DNA of 64,000 bases, taken from positions 28,706,001 to 28,770,000 of the forward strand of contig NC_043021.1 in NCBI RefSeq assembly GCF_006345805.1, written 5' to 3'. Positions 10,830 to 26,268 of this stretch are shown here, piece after piece (position 1 is the first letter of the stretch; every line of letters starts with the position of its first letter). The notes under the pieces were generated by a model. The model made no database searches and had not been told where the DNA came from. It saw only the letters and a program-made list of their open reading frames with translations. Both the position numbers and the translations under genes were made by a program. Source of the stretch: Octopus sinensis. Taxonomy: Eukaryota.

Positions 10830-12600
10830 TTGATAGTTATTTTTTACGTTCGATATTGGATATATCATTTAATTTTTATATAGGGATTTAACGTTTTACA
10901 TAGATAAACTTAGATATGTTTCCACCACAGATTGGTCCAGGCCATATCTAATTTAATAGCACCACCTGATAGGATTATTTAAATCCTGTTTAAGTCAAGT
11001 TTTGTTTATGGTCCATTCAAGTAGTGAGTTTTTGTTGGGTGAGTTGTATCCAATTATGGGTGGCTTATCTGGTATTCCTTGAAGGAATCTATCCAGACTT
11101 CGTTTAAAGTTGATGGGATCCTTTTCCTCTTTGGTCTCTTTCGGGACAATGTTAAATAGGGCAGGGCCTGTTGAGGAAAAGAAATTATGTTGCAGTGTAC
11201 ATGTATGCTGTGATCTTGAATTGGGCAGGGGACGTATGGCCCGTGGTCCCAGTCTTGGATGAACCTTGAAGCTAATGTTCAGGTCGTTTGGGCAAAGTTG
11301 GCGATATATTCTCCACATCGTACAAATAATGTACTGCTCACGGCGACGCTGGAGAGAGTAGAGTTTCAAGGCTTTAAGGCGATCCCAATAATCGAGAGCA
11401 GCCATGCCTTCAGTTCATTTGGTGAGTGCCCTCTGGGGTGATTCAATCCTCGAGATGTTTTGTCTTGTATGGGGAAACCACAGTGGGCAGCAGTATTCGA
11501 GGTGTGGCCGTACAAAGGAGTGGAAAGGTGGTATGATTACACCTTGTTCTCTGGACCGGAAAGTTCTTAAGACCCAGGAACTTATCCTTCGAGCTATATC
11601 GACCTTCTTGTTGATGTGTGCACTCCAACTGAGATCGTCATCAACAATTACACCCAGGTCTCTGATATTGTTAGAGGCTGTGAGCGGTTCCCCCGAAGGA
11701 AGAGAGTATGGCTGTTTTAGTGTGGAATTTCTTCCAAAATGCATCAGCTCGAATTTTCCCTCGTTCAGTTGCATTTTGTTTCTGTCTGCCCATTGACTCA
11801 CAGCGTATAGATCAGACTGGAGTTGAGTTCGGTCTGCTTCTTCATTGACGATTTGCTGGAGCTTAGTGTCATCAGCAAATATTTTCACTTTGCAGTAATG
11901 TACGACACTGGAAAGGTCGTTTATGCAAATTATAATGAGTAGCGGGCCCAAGACAGTAGTCCCCTGGGGGACACCGCTGGTGACTTTTGCTGGGCTTGAG
12001 TCGTCTCCTTCGACTACAACATGTTGTGTTCTATTCGCCAGGAAATCCATTATAGAAGTTTTCCAGAGATTCCAACATTTGCCAATTTTGAGAGTAGGAT
12101 ATTATGGTCCACCCTGTCGAACGCTTTACTGAAGTCAAGATATATGACATCAGAGTTCGAACCTGTTCCCAAGGCTTTGAGTACATCTTCAATGTGGTGT
12201 AAGAGCTGTGTTAGACAGTCCCTGCCACAGCGAAAGCCATGCTGATTTGCATTTAGGAGTTTGTGGGTCTCCAGGAAGTCAGCTATCCTTGATCTTAACA
12301 CTCTTTCAAACACTTTAATGATGTGGGAGGTGAGTGAGATTGGGCGATAGTTGACTGCGAGGGATCTGTTTCCCTGTTTGAAAACCGGGATGACAGACTG
12401 GGATAGAAGCTGTTTCAGTATATAACCTGCGTCTAACGAATTTCTCCAGAGGTTGGTCAGAGGGACTGCAAGTTGGTATCTACATTCCTTCAGGAGACTA
12501 ACGGGGAATCTATCAGGGCCTACAGCAGAGTAGTATTTGACCTCATTTATTGCTGCTGTGATGTCAGTGGCAGTGTAGGTTATGTCTGAGATTTTTTTGA
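10830..12600 (-). mobile_element. CR1/L2-group LINE, 5'-truncated, frameshifted RT
   Basis: NQHGFRCGRDC, YLDFSKAFDRVDH, VTSGVPQG..LGPLL, KIFADDTKL, RDLGVI..DLSWSAHI, FVRPHLEYCCPLW, LKLYSLQRRR. Confidence 0.9.
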
Positions 12601-14050
<1,450 letters not shown>

Positions 14051-14285
14051 ATATATATATAATTTCATATAATCTTGCTTGTTTCAGTCATTTGACTGCG
14101 GCCATGCTGGAGCACCATTTTTAGCATATATATATCTTAGACTCGCAAGGTTTTTGGGAAACCCATTGACCCAATTTTCTTGGCATGCAGGTGTCGATGA
14201 GTAGTTGAATGAGCAAATCCAAGCTTCTCTACAAGTTCTCCAACAGTTACGATGGGATTTTGTTCCAACAGGGATTGCAAGACGT

Positions 14286-14325
<40 letters not shown>

Positions 14326-14379
14326 TATACATTACATATACAATGGAGTTAAACGCAGGTGCAATTCAAATTCTTTTAC

Positions 14380-14465
14380 TTACGACGCATGTTTCGAAGA
14401 TATCACTGGTATTATTCCAAAGGAATAGAATGGTTGTAAAACAATGTAATCTTCTCTTTGGGGAA
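14380..14465 (-). ncRNA. Degenerate hammerhead-like remnant
   Basis: Minus strand: ttcc CCAAAGA gaagat-(loop)-atcttc GAAA CATGC GTC gtaa. The core deviates from CUGANGA. Confidence 0.4.
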
Positions 14466-14635
14466 ATGAAGAAATAAAATTCAAGAATAAGACATTTTCA
14501 CAGAAAATGATGAATATGTATAGTGATTAACTGAACGCTATTAAGTTTGTTTCAAAAAAACGTTATAGGATATAACGTCAAAGTTAGCCAACAGCAAGAG
14601 GAGGGATAAATGATATTTATATATTTATCTCTTTC

Positions 14636-14703
<68 letters not shown>

Positions 14704-14770
14704 AGAGGTGGTAGAGAGAGACATAAACAAACAGAAAGGCAGACAGAGAGACAGAGAGACAGACAGAAAA

Positions 14771-15021
<251 letters not shown>

Positions 15022-16543
15022 CGGAATAAACGAAGAACGATGGGATTTGAAGAGGAATTCAGATATCCATGTTCAGTGGTGAGATAGGTGAAAGAACATC
15101 CTTAACGTCGCTACGTTTTGAGCTCAAGGATTGTCCCAGAAAAATATTCTATTTTCCAACAACAATTGAAATTCTTCAAAGTTCAAGTAAAGCCTGCAAT
15201 AAAGTGTTACTCTTTCACACAGTTGCAACATTCTGGTTTTTACATGTGTACATACACAAGATATATGATACGATTTGAATGGAGATTTTCATAGTATAGC
15301 TTACAGGTCTATCATTAAAACGAAGATATAACTCTTTTGTTTATATATACATATTTGTACCTATATAGAGAGATGACAGTAGATTTCGGATTGAGAGAGA
15401 TTTGGTTGCAAAGTCTAAGAATTATCTATTACATGGTGAATCTCCAGGAAGGATGAATAATATATATAAGGTGTAAGTTGTGATTTGAAGGAATGCGGAT
15501 TCTTGATTTGTTCAGGTGTAAATATCTACCAAAAATTGAAGGTTGTCGGTTAAGTGAGACTTGCCTACACGTTTATTCATGTAAATGTCCTGTCATGCAT
15601 TCTTCTTACGCATTTAAGGAGCATACCAAAGATTTGTATACTTACATGTGTGTGTGTATTACACACAAGCATAATTACATATACACACACTCAGTTACAC
15701 ACACACACACACACAAGCATGTTCACACATATAGAAAGAGAGAGTGAAACTGGTAAAGAATGAAGACCGATAGATACACAAACAGTCCCAGACATTCAAA
15801 CATGTCAACAAAGGCGTATGCCGTCATGTGTCTCCATCTGTAGCGATATATGCAGTATATCAAGCATATAATGAAGTAGTTTTGTCTTCTTATAGAAACA
15901 CCTTCAAAAGATGCTCAAGCATTTCAATAGAAACCGATAGAAACACAAACATATGAATGCACGCAGCCCCAAACACATTCGAAGATGTAACTAAAGGCGT
16001 ATGCCGTCATATGTTTCCAACTGTTGTCATATGTGCAGTATATAAAGAAACAAGTAAGTAACCTTTCTTATAGAAATATCTTGAAAAGATGCACGAGAAT
16101 TTTAGGAGAAGTAATTTTATATTTGTGCAAAATACTTACCATTTTTTAAACTATATTTTCTTCACTGATATATGACTGTATGTTGCAATACCACATCTAA
16201 TCACCACTAAAGGTGAAAAGAGAAAGAAGAATTTTGAAACTAAAATTCAGAAGCAACGTTACTGATATTATGACGTCACAAACACAATATAAGAAAAAAT
16301 TAACTTCGCTTGGAAGAGACAAATGATTCAAGCATCAATTTTATGCACACACACACACACACACACTCGTATATACACACACGCACACACAAACGCGCAT
16401 GCGCACAGGCGCCCACATGTGTATGTATACAAAATCACCCACAATTACATACATATATATATACACACACACACATATATATATACACTATGTATATATT
16501 ATGTGTATGTGTGTGTATGTGCGTGTGTGTGTGTGTGTGTTGA

Positions 16544-16836
16544 GGCGCAATGGCCCAGTGGTTAGGGCAGCCGACTCTCGGTCGTAGGATTGCGGTTTCG
16601 ATTCCCAGACCGGGCGTTGTGAGTGTTTATTGAGCGCAAATACCTAATGCTCCACGATGCTCCGGCAGGGGGTGGTGGCGATCCCTGCTGTACTCTTTCG
16701 CCATAACTTTCTCTCACTCTTTCTTCTGTTGGCCTGCTCGCTTAGCCTTCTTTTGAAGGCTACAACAATGCGAAGCATTGTGACCAGCGATGTGTAGCAA
16801 CATCTGATAGCCTGGTCGGTCACGGTGATCACGGTG

Positions 16837-16838
<2 letters not shown>
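16544..16838 (+). mobile_element. tRNA-derived SINE (OR-like)
   Basis: ggcgcaatggcccagtggttagggcagc...ggtttcgattccc head with A/B boxes. A second copy is at 24953-25338. Confidence 0.75.
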
Positions 16839-16909
<71 letters not shown>

Positions 16910-16937
16910 ATATGCCATAAGGCCTGCAATCTTACGG

Positions 16938-17137
16938 AGAAATGAGTTGCGACGTCACAGGTGCCAAGCTGTATCGGCCTTTGTCTTTCCCTTGGATAAC
17001 ACTGGTGGCGTGGAGAGGGGAGGCCGGTATGCATGAGCGAATGCTGGCCTTCCTAAACAACCTTGCCCGGACTTGTGCCTGGGAAGGTAACATTGTAGGT
17101 GCAATCCCATGTTCAATCATGACCGAAGGGTGTCTCA
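16938..17137 (+). mobile_element. SINE 3' part (same family as 43797-44105)
   Basis: gaaatgagttgcgacgtcacaggtgccaagctgtatcggcc...accgaaggg is shared with 43905-44100. Confidence 0.75.
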
Positions 17138-17807
17138 GCGTATATACATACATATATATATATGTGTGTGTGTGTGTGTGGGGGTGTGTGTTTACGCTTC
17201 ACGTGATCTCGTAGGTCAGCTCAGCAAACCAACTTGCTTAAAGTGGAAGAAGTTAGAAGTCAAAGAAGTTAGAAGTCTTGAAAATAACAGGCAAAACCTC
17301 TTAAGTATAGCCAAAATACAAGAACTTTAATTAAAAGACCAATTGCAATTATGGAATAAATAAAGAGGTTTCTTTAGAGAGTTTTAGAGAGTTTTTAGAG
17401 AGTTCTTTCATTTACCTCTGAAATATGTAGACTTCTTTTGGTGAGGACTTCTTTTATTCACCAGTCTAAAGATTTTCATTCTATGTTCTTTTCGCCTCTT
17501 GTTTTTTCCCTTTTCGCCTCTTGTTACTTCCGAATTCACGGTACCATTCTACCTTCTTTACATTGCCAAGTTCACCCTATTTTCGCAGTCAGTTCAAAAC
17601 CGTCCACTGTTCGCATTAACCGCCGAAACCAACTTCACACTCTGCACCAAATGCTGCATCAAGTGTTCCATACGAAATTGCCCGGCACCATCGCTCACAT
17701 CGACTGCTACATAAAACTGTTCACGCCGACATTCATCCCGTCGCCTGTCGCTCATCGTCTTCCAGCACGAACTTCGAACCACCTGTTCACATTGGCTTCC
17801 AGCGCGA

Positions 17808-18950
17808 AATATATTTTTAATTAACTACTAGGGTCGGTCAGTACAGGACATACAAAATATAGAAGAGGGGAAAACAATAAAATCGAATAGAATATGAAGA
17901 TATGAAAAAATGAAAAGATGGAATGACGACCGCTCGAGCCCCACTCCCGAGCAGTTGCATTGAACCTTTCATTACCCACAATATTCCAAAGTCAAACACT
18001 TTTCAAAAATCAATCAAACCACGTACTCTGAGATGTCGTTGTACTTCACTTCAGGAGGCAATGCATCTATGCACACCTCTCTGTATAAATCGGCAATGTC
18101 CGACCCGAATTTATGTTTTAGTCTTTTGAAATGACTTTCATCCACCAGTACACGTTTCACATATGGAGTAGAGTCCCCTAAATTTGCTTTTATGGTAGAC
18201 TAACTTTTTATCTTATCTCAACAATTTGCTATTTCTCGAATCGTACGTGTTTGCATGTGTTTCTGTTGGGGCAGGGTTGGGATTAGTAACGGGTGGGATG
18301 GGAAGTGGATTGGTGTCTGCATTGGTAGAACTAGGTAAAACGGGGATGGGAGGGACTGGAGCGGGGCAAGGGTGGGGACTAGAATCCTTGGGTGGTAAAC
18401 TTTTCCTCTTTCTTTTCTTTCCTCTTGTCACCGACGACCAATCGTTGTACTCTGGCTCTTGGTTCTCCACCTTTTGGAAGTGCGGTTGCTTTTTCGCCGG
18501 AGCCAACTACTGGTGTTACTGCTTGTAGTGGAAGGCAGTCTATTCTAATGTGGCCTTTCTGACCACACTTGAAACATCACGGTTTCATGCCCTCCACTAA
18601 CACTCGCAATTTCTTTTTTGTTTAGGCCTATCCAAATGGTATCAACTATGTTCTCTAGAACTTGTGGGGAAGCCTGGATTATCATTTCAATCCCTTTCCC
18701 TTGCCAGTTGCGTTGCGGGACTTTGATAACCAGTGTCTTACTTATATTAAAATTTACGTAATTTATTTCTTTTTCAAACGGTGCTTGCTCGTTGAAGCGT
18801 TTATTGCATCACACAGGGTTACTAAACCCTCTTGTTGATTGTACTAGATTGATAAATGGCGAAATAAATAAATACTTCGTCCAGGAAACCCAGTGTGGAT
18901 ATATTTCGCAAGCGTTATTGTGTTTTTTATTATAATATTTTTTCTCCCTA
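17808..18950 (-). mobile_element. ORF1-only Tx1-related element, degenerate (gag CCHC knuckle)
   Basis: Minus strand reads LRVLVEGMKP*CFKCGQKGHIRIDC. The 3' end tgtatgtcc...ccctagtagttaattaaaaata resembles that of 36949-38581. No ORF2 and no TSD were found. Confidence 0.6.
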
Positions 18951-19391
18951 ATGACCGAGTGCTATACTGCTTGTTGAAAATCATACCACACTATATATGA
19001 ATACACACACACACAAACTCTTATATATATATATATATATATATATTATTTTATAGTATTTGTGTAACATTGTCCGTTTTTTCCGTCCTTATTTTTGTAC
19101 ACATTCGCACCTTTCTTCTAAGGAATCTAATTCTCTTAGCTTAGTTTTTCCTTGGGGCTGGCCAGATTGGAGCAATCTCAAGTATAATCAGCCGAGATTG
19201 CTAAGATAAGTTGGTACTTGACTGAGGAAAGAAAACTTCGAATGACCCGTCCTTGATTTCTTTGTATCATCTACCTGGATGTTTTGTTGTCCCATTTTTG
19301 TATCACCTAACTGTCCGGATGTTTTGCGTTCTTGTCCCATTTTGTATTTTATATATATATATCGATATCTATATCTATATCTATCTATCTA

Positions 19392-19422
<31 letters not shown>

Positions 19423-19426
19423 ATAT

Positions 19427-19471
<45 letters not shown>

Positions 19472-19500
19472 ATATATATATATATATAGATATATATATA

Positions 19501-19583
<83 letters not shown>

Positions 19584-20529
19584 TTTTTAGAAATTGATTC
19601 TTAAGCAAATAAATCTATGAATAGCAACATGTAAATATTAGGTTAAACAAAAAAACTACGCTTTCCAAAGAAAAACACCGAGATGATTATATATATTTAG
19701 TACCAGTGCAACTTCAGCTTTTTATGCCAATACTTACAAATATACAAAAATACACGCACGCATACATACATATACACATACTCTTATACATACACTTATA
19801 TACGCATATACACACTTATATATACATATGTGTGTGCGTGTGTGTTTATGATTTTGCTTATGTATTCCCCTATGAGTTTCAAATGAGCAACTAACCAACA
19901 ACGACATACGTGTATGTGTGCATTAATTTATGTTCGCGTTTGTGTATGTATGTATGTACGTATGTATGTAGGTATCCATGTATCAATCTATCAATCTATC
20001 TATCTACCTATTTATCTATCAATCTATTATACGAAAGACGGTTTCTTGTTTTGGACTGTTTGTTTTTAATTCTTTTAAGTGGTTTTAGCTCTTTGTACAT
20101 TTTTCAAGGGGCAAAGGAAAGAAAAAAACTATCAGATTTCTAATCAATGTTCCACCCTCCACCCTCCACCCTCCACCCTCCTACCATTGAAGAAAATAGT
20201 CACGCGATTCCAATATTCATTGTTACCTAATATAAATAATATCAGTTTTACTCTGATGACATCGTTATTTTTTAGCTCCTTTGTTTGTTTTATTATTTTT
20301 GTTGAAGGTGGAGCTTTTTTCTTTTTACTTAGATCGACCTCTACTTCAGTGTAACCACCGTGTTTCTTTAGCTTATTCATCCGACCACAGTATTCACAAC
20401 TGTCCATAAAGATGTTATATTGCATAGGTAATTTATGCATACACACACACACATGTATATACATATATTTGCATATAGATATGTGTGTATATGTGTGTGT
20501 GTTTGTGTATGCATATATGTACGAATCTG

Positions 20530-20568
<39 letters not shown>

Positions 20569-20756
20569 ATGTGTGTATGTATGTATACACACACTCACAT
20601 GCACAAAGGCACACACACACACATCCAATCTTTTTGCTGTTCGAATCTTTTTTTCAGGTCTAAGAAGAGGTATTTTGTCTCATCTGTGTCATTTCCTGCT
20701 ATTTTGGGGATTTATTTATATTCTGTGTGTGTGTGTGTGCTTGTGTGTGTGTGTGC

Positions 20757-20791
<35 letters not shown>

Positions 20792-21829
20792 AGCGCGTAT
20801 TTTTTTCATAGTCTTTTTCTTTTTTGCTTTTCACATTTTTTCTTGGTTCCGAGTGCGATTTGTGTATGCACGTGTGTATATGTATGCGTGTATGTGTCTA
20901 CATATGTATATGTATACGTGTGTATGTTTGTCAGTGTCTTACTCGCTTTATATATTTTTCGTTTATTTATTTATTCATATATTTTTATTATTCCCTTTTT
21001 TATTATAATTTCTTTATTTCTTATATTTTTTATGCCTTCATTCAGCTTATGGTTGTTATTATCACCGAATGATCAGTCTTTCGCTTTGATCTGTTTACCT
21101 ACCAAAATTTCGCATCGCAACGTTCGTTTTCTCTCTCTTTTTCTCTCCTTTTCTCTTATCCTCGCTATTTATTTCTCACATAGATATATGGACTTTTTCT
21201 TTTGTGAAGCTACGTATGTTTTCTTTATTGATTCGTAATGTTTTTGTTACATTCTAGTTAAGTATTAAACATATCAATAGACACTATATAATAGGAGGAG
21301 GTCACGTAAAGACCATTGGTTCTACAATTATTTTGTTCAGAAAATTAACGTCTGTTTGAAGAAGATTTAGACTATCAAAACAACTAGTGATAAACAACAA
21401 TGTCCAATGAGTCAATGTGGGATCCTCTATACGGTAACTCGACCTGCTAGAAATAGAAGCAGTTTCCCAAATTTCCCTTCGCATAATACATATGGTCTTA
21501 GTACAAAAATTCGGTGGATTTAATTTCCCTAATTTTCTTCTATATGATGCTCACGAATAAATTGATTTCGATCATATATCTGATATACCGAGGTCGATCA
21601 GAACTGATTTGAAGCTAAGCGTCAGTAGCAAGAACAACAACATGTTCGCCATTCAATGTTTGACAGTCATACAGAGCGATAATGATTCTCTCTATGCGAT
21701 CACTTTGATCTCAGACAAATTGTCCTTCAATCAAAATCTACTGCGATAATCTTCAATTTTCGTTGCTTTATGTGATGCAGGGAGGACAAATGAGATCCTA
21801 GTAAGCATTATATATGGACAGTTAAACAC

Positions 21830-22028
21830 GGCGAGCTGGCAGTATCATTAGCACGCCGGACAAAATGCTTAGCGACATTTCGTTCATCTTTACGTTCTCA
21901 GTTCAAATTCTGCCGAGGTCGACTTTGCCTTTCATCCTTTCGGGGTCGATAAATTAAGTACCTGGGGTTGATGTAATCGGCTAGTCCCCTCCTCCAAAAT
22001 TTCAGGCCTTGCGCCTGTAGTAGGAAGG
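21830..22028 (+). mobile_element. tRNA-derived SINE with Nin/Deu-type domain
   Basis: ggcgagctggcag head, then gccgaggtcgactttgcctttcatcctttcggggtcgataaattaagtacc. Confidence 0.75.
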
Positions 22029-22149
22029 TAGACATTACTGCCGCACTGTGCAAGAACAGTTAAAAAAGAAACATTTTCCCTCCACATAGTTTTGCCGCTC
22101 CCTATTCATGAGAGAGCCGTGGAGATAAAATCGCCTGACACCTCCTCCA

Positions 22150-22480
22150 TGAGTCCTGTCAGAAGCAACAGTCCTTTCACTTTCCTGCAGCAATGCCAGT
22201 GTGACCACCTGAGACTAAAGATATCGAATCATTTCGTTCTTGGATCGGTTTGAAGAATCTGTCTTGAGCATTCTTACAGCATTCTTATCACGTGTCTATA
22301 TTGCTGGAGCTGGGGTCTCCCGATGCAGAGAAGTAGCAGCTCAACCTGGAGAGAACCCCTCAACTCCTAGCTACGCACCCTGTCGAGTAATGTTACTTCT
22401 GAGATCCTTTGGAGAAACCTCATATCTGCCGCTTCTATTTGCGATCGTACTTTTTCGGTCATTATCCAAATTTCTTGTTA
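22150..22480 (-). pseudogene. RTE-clade LINE 3' fragment, degenerate
   Basis: Minus strand reads MTEKVRSQIEAADMRFLQRISEVTLLDRVRS*ELRGSLQVELLLL...YRHVIRM. Confidence 0.7.
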
Positions 22481-23683
22481 AGGCTATCTCTACAGATTTC
22501 CTATAGAAATAATAACCAGCACTGATTTTGTTACGACGACGTTTCGATGCTGCCTAAAGTAAACAACAATGAGATCGAAGATGAAAAATTGGTAATGGAT
22601 GTACCTGTCATATTCAGGGGTTTTGCTCTTTCATCAACAACATCCACCTCCAACCCATTAACTATCCACGAACTCATTGCTTAAACAGCCACTAAATATG
22701 CGATGTAACATTATTGGTTATACCAGTTTTACATATTAAAGACATTCTTGGAAGCTGATACGTAAATCAGTCCTGACAATGATTTCTATTGAAATTCTGC
22801 AGAGATAAACTTAACAAGTGATTTAATAGCACGGTTAACACAGCACACAGTAATGGCTTATAAAAGCTTTTAATATACTTTGTAGCATATTATGGTTGCA
22901 TAACGAAATACGGTCCCTATAGGTCATTAATATCCAAATTTCATGATCATTGAAGCATATTGTTAAGGAGAACATTTAGAAACAGATAACTTCTGCTTAC
23001 CTTGTTGTATAAGTGTAATGTAATTATATTACGTGTAATATAATTGTCAATAACTCACTCGTTCCTCAAGATACTCAAGTATTAATATGGAATTTATTAT
23101 AACTGGAATCGAATATTTAAAAGTCTGCGACACAATGGTGCTCTGCTATCCTACCTTCTTTAAACCATTTGTGACTGTATTTGTGTTGAGACACTCTACC
23201 ACTGTACGTTCAATTTATTTCGAAAACAATCAACAAGTGAAAGAGGCGCAGTAAAAGGTACTTTTATATTTTCTTTTCATATTCAAGCTAGTGTGGAAGG
23301 CGCCTGGCCTAGCGGATAGAGATGTTGCACTCACAATCACCAGATCGTCGGGCGGCGTATGGTGTTATTTCAGCAAAACACGTTGTTTCACGTTGCTCTA
23401 TTGAGGAGTGGGGACCGGAATGTCAAAGAGTTTGAGGTATATTTTGCACTCCGACCCCGTAAAACCTTCAACAGCAACAATTACCCAAAACAGACCCATG
23501 GATTGGATGGTTGTCCTCTGAGTGATGCAAAGGCGTCATCTGCCAGGAGTAGGGAAAACCAACAAGTGTCAGATGCAATGACAGCGCTGGCACAGCGCAT
23601 GTCCCCATACTACTACTACTACTACAAGTACTACTACTACAAGTACTACTACTACTGCTACTACATCTACCTAGTGTTTAAGG

Positions 23684-23905
23684 CCGCGGATTGGTAGAAT
23701 CATTAGCGCGATGGAAGAAAAAGGCAACAATATATCTTATGACTTTAAGATGGCCAACTGGCAGAATCGTTAGTAAGACAGGCAAAATACCTAGAGGCAA
23801 TTCGTCCGTCGTGTCGTCCTAAATTCTGCCGAGGTCGACTTTGTCTTTCTCCGTTTTGGTGTCAATACAATGAGAACTAGTTGAGCACTGAGGTCGATGT
23901 AAGTC
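23684..23905 (+). mobile_element. Nin/Deu-type SINE fragments, degenerate
   Basis: ggcagaatcgttag heads and aaattctgccgaggtcgactttgtc...gtcaatacaatgagaactag. Confidence 0.6.
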
Positions 23906-23953
23906 TTGCTTATATATATATGTGTGTGTGTATGTGTGGGGTGGTGGGGGTGC

Positions 23954-24004
<51 letters not shown>

Positions 24005-24090
24005 AACAAGAACATAATGTACCACCCAGTCTCGGAACTGAAACTACGATCTCGTGATCATGCGTGCAACACCCTAACTACTAAGTCCCA

Positions 24091-24940
24091 AGAATGTACC
24101 CAAAAGTAACCGGAAACTTTATCTGTGGGATAAGCTGATTGTAGTTCAGGGTTCTGCCGGTAGAAGCCACTTGATGCAACCCTCCGGTGTCAGTCTGCCT
24201 ACCGGCGTCGTCATTTGTTGTCGTACTGCAACGTGGTGCGCCTTTGTTTTGCAGTGCTTCTCTCTTGTTCGTCGATTTTTGCGATGGCTAAAACGATGGA
24301 ACAGTGTGCTTCCCTGAAATTCTGTATCCTGCAGGGGAAAACGACGGCGGAAACAATTGTCAAGCTTCAAACAGCTTACAAGAATGTTGCCATGAGCAAA
24401 ACAAGCATTTGCGATCAGAAGAAGACTACCTTCGTTTAGGGCGGCCGTCGACCTTCCGAACGAATGAAAACATCAAAATTCATGAACTGGTCTTGGAGAA
24501 CCGTCACTAAACAATTGACAGACTTGCTAATATGACTAGTCTGTCTTGGAGTGAGGAATTGCAAATGGAAAGAGTTGCAGCAAAACTTGTGCCCCGCTTG
24601 CTCACGGAAGACCAAAAGCAGTCACTGCTGAATGCGTGTCATGAACTGAGAGAACAGTTGGAAGTTGATCCGGAACTTTGTTTGAAGGCCATCACTGGTG
24701 AAAAAAGCTGGTGCTACAGAATTTGTAGATGTGGAAGAGGTGAAGAAAAAAACCGACGGTGGCGTTAAAAGGCGTCACTTTACTAGAGTTCCAGCACTGC
24801 TTCGAACAGTAGAAAATGCGTCTGGACCGATGCATTGCTTCAAATGGAGAATACTTTGAAAGCGATAAAAGTGTAAACATATAAAACTAAGTGAATAAAA
24901 TAACATTGCAAAATTCCGGTTTCGTTTGAGTACCCTCACG
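24091..24940 (+). mobile_element. Internally deleted mariner-type DNA transposon
   Basis: Imperfect TIRs (gtacccaaaagtaaccggaa / ttccggtttcgtttgagtac). Remnants include MEQCASLKFC...GRPST...LVPRLLT...ITGEKSWCY and RLDRCIASNGEYFE. Confidence 0.8.
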
Positions 24941-24952
24941 TATATATATTGA

Positions 24953-25338
24953 ATGGAAGCACTCCGTCGGTTACGACGATGAGGGTTCCGGTTGATCCGA
25001 ATCAACGGAACAGCCTGCTCGTGAAATTAACGTGTAAGTGGCTGAACACTCCACAGACACGCGCACCCTTAACGTAGTTCTCGGGAATATTCAGCGTGAC
25101 ACAGAGAGTGACAAGGCCGGCCCCTTGAAATACAGGTACAACAGAAACAGGAAGTAAGAGTGAGAGAAAGTTGTGGTGAAAGAGTACAGCAGGGATCACC
25201 ACCATCCCCTGCCGGAGCCTCGTGGAGCTTTTTAGGTGTTTTCGCTCAATAAACACTCACAACGCCCGGTCTGGGAATCGAAACCGCGATCCTATGACCG
25301 CGAGTCCGCTGCCCTAACCACTGGGTCATTGCGCCTCC
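24953..25338 (-). mobile_element. tRNA-derived SINE (OR-like)
   Basis: Reverse complement of the 16544 head and body, with a different 3' half. Confidence 0.75.
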
Positions 25339-25539
25339 ACTACTTTTATATATATACGAATTAAACATTGAGAGATTTTCATTTTAGTATATCTAATTCG
25401 AATGTCTTTTTCCTGCGTACTTGGAAGTAATATTCCCTTATAAGTATAATGATAATAATAATTATATATATATACACACACACACACCACACCACACACA
25501 CACACACACACAACACACACCACACACACACACACACAA

Positions 25540-25680
25540 AGGCGGATTTCTTTCAGATTCCGTCCAACAAATCTACTCATAAAACTGGGTCGGCCCGGGC
25601 TGTAGCAAATGACCCAAAGTCGGACTAAATCCGAATCAACATGGCAACCTTCTTACCACACAGCCATTTATGCACCTGGG
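25540..25680 (-). mobile_element. OK-like SINE fragment, degenerate
   Basis: ctttcagattccgtc...ggtcggcccgggctgtag...cttcttaccacacagcca. Confidence 0.55.
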
Positions 25681-26218
25681 TATGATTGTTTTTGTGCTGT
25701 TTTTTTTAAGGTGATTTGACTACTATTTCTTTCTATGAGGCTATGAGGACAAGCGACTACATACAGAGTGCAGTTATTGTTGCTGTATTCAATAGGCATT
25801 ACTTGTTGGAAGAGTAGATACAGTCTTTGACTGACAACTCATTCTTTACATTCAATAAGCTTCGGTTAAGATCGAAAGTTTCGTCTTTAACATTGAGGCC
25901 ATTCAGTAATAAGACAGGCTTCTGACACCAATTGCAGTTTAAAGAATTCGCTTTCCATTTATTCCCTGTGAATAATGTGTGTATGTGAGTTTGTACATGT
26001 ATGCGCATACAAACGTACATACGTCCGCGCGCGTGTGTGTATAATATTGTATATTATATACATATATATTTATATTTATATATACATATATGTGTGTGTG
26101 TACATAAAGACACACACATATATATATATATACATACACATACATATATACACATATATTCATTTATATGTTTGTGTGTGTGCATATATATATATACATA
26201 TATATATATTATATATTA

Positions 26219-26268
<50 letters not shown>

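Noticed and set aside
16544-16615. tRNA gene
   Set aside because: It has tRNA-like A/B boxes but continues into a repeated SINE body also present at 24953-25338.
19215-19260. CTGAGGA-aag-aaaa-ctt-CGAA...GTC hammerhead-like string
   Set aside because: GAAA is incomplete and the sequences flanking the core (cttga / cttga) are not complementary, so no stem I forms.
20153-20181. (CCACCCT)4 G-quadruplex-forming repeat
   Set aside because: It is a short simple repeat with no functional context.
20144-20420. ORF with CEYCGR...H as a zinc-finger exon
   Set aside because: The spacing does not fit C2H2, the ORF begins in microsatellite, and there is no other support.
25790-25975. Possible exon after an acceptor-like attattcacag (minus strand)
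   Set aside because: The frame is short, with no recognisable homology and no clear donor.
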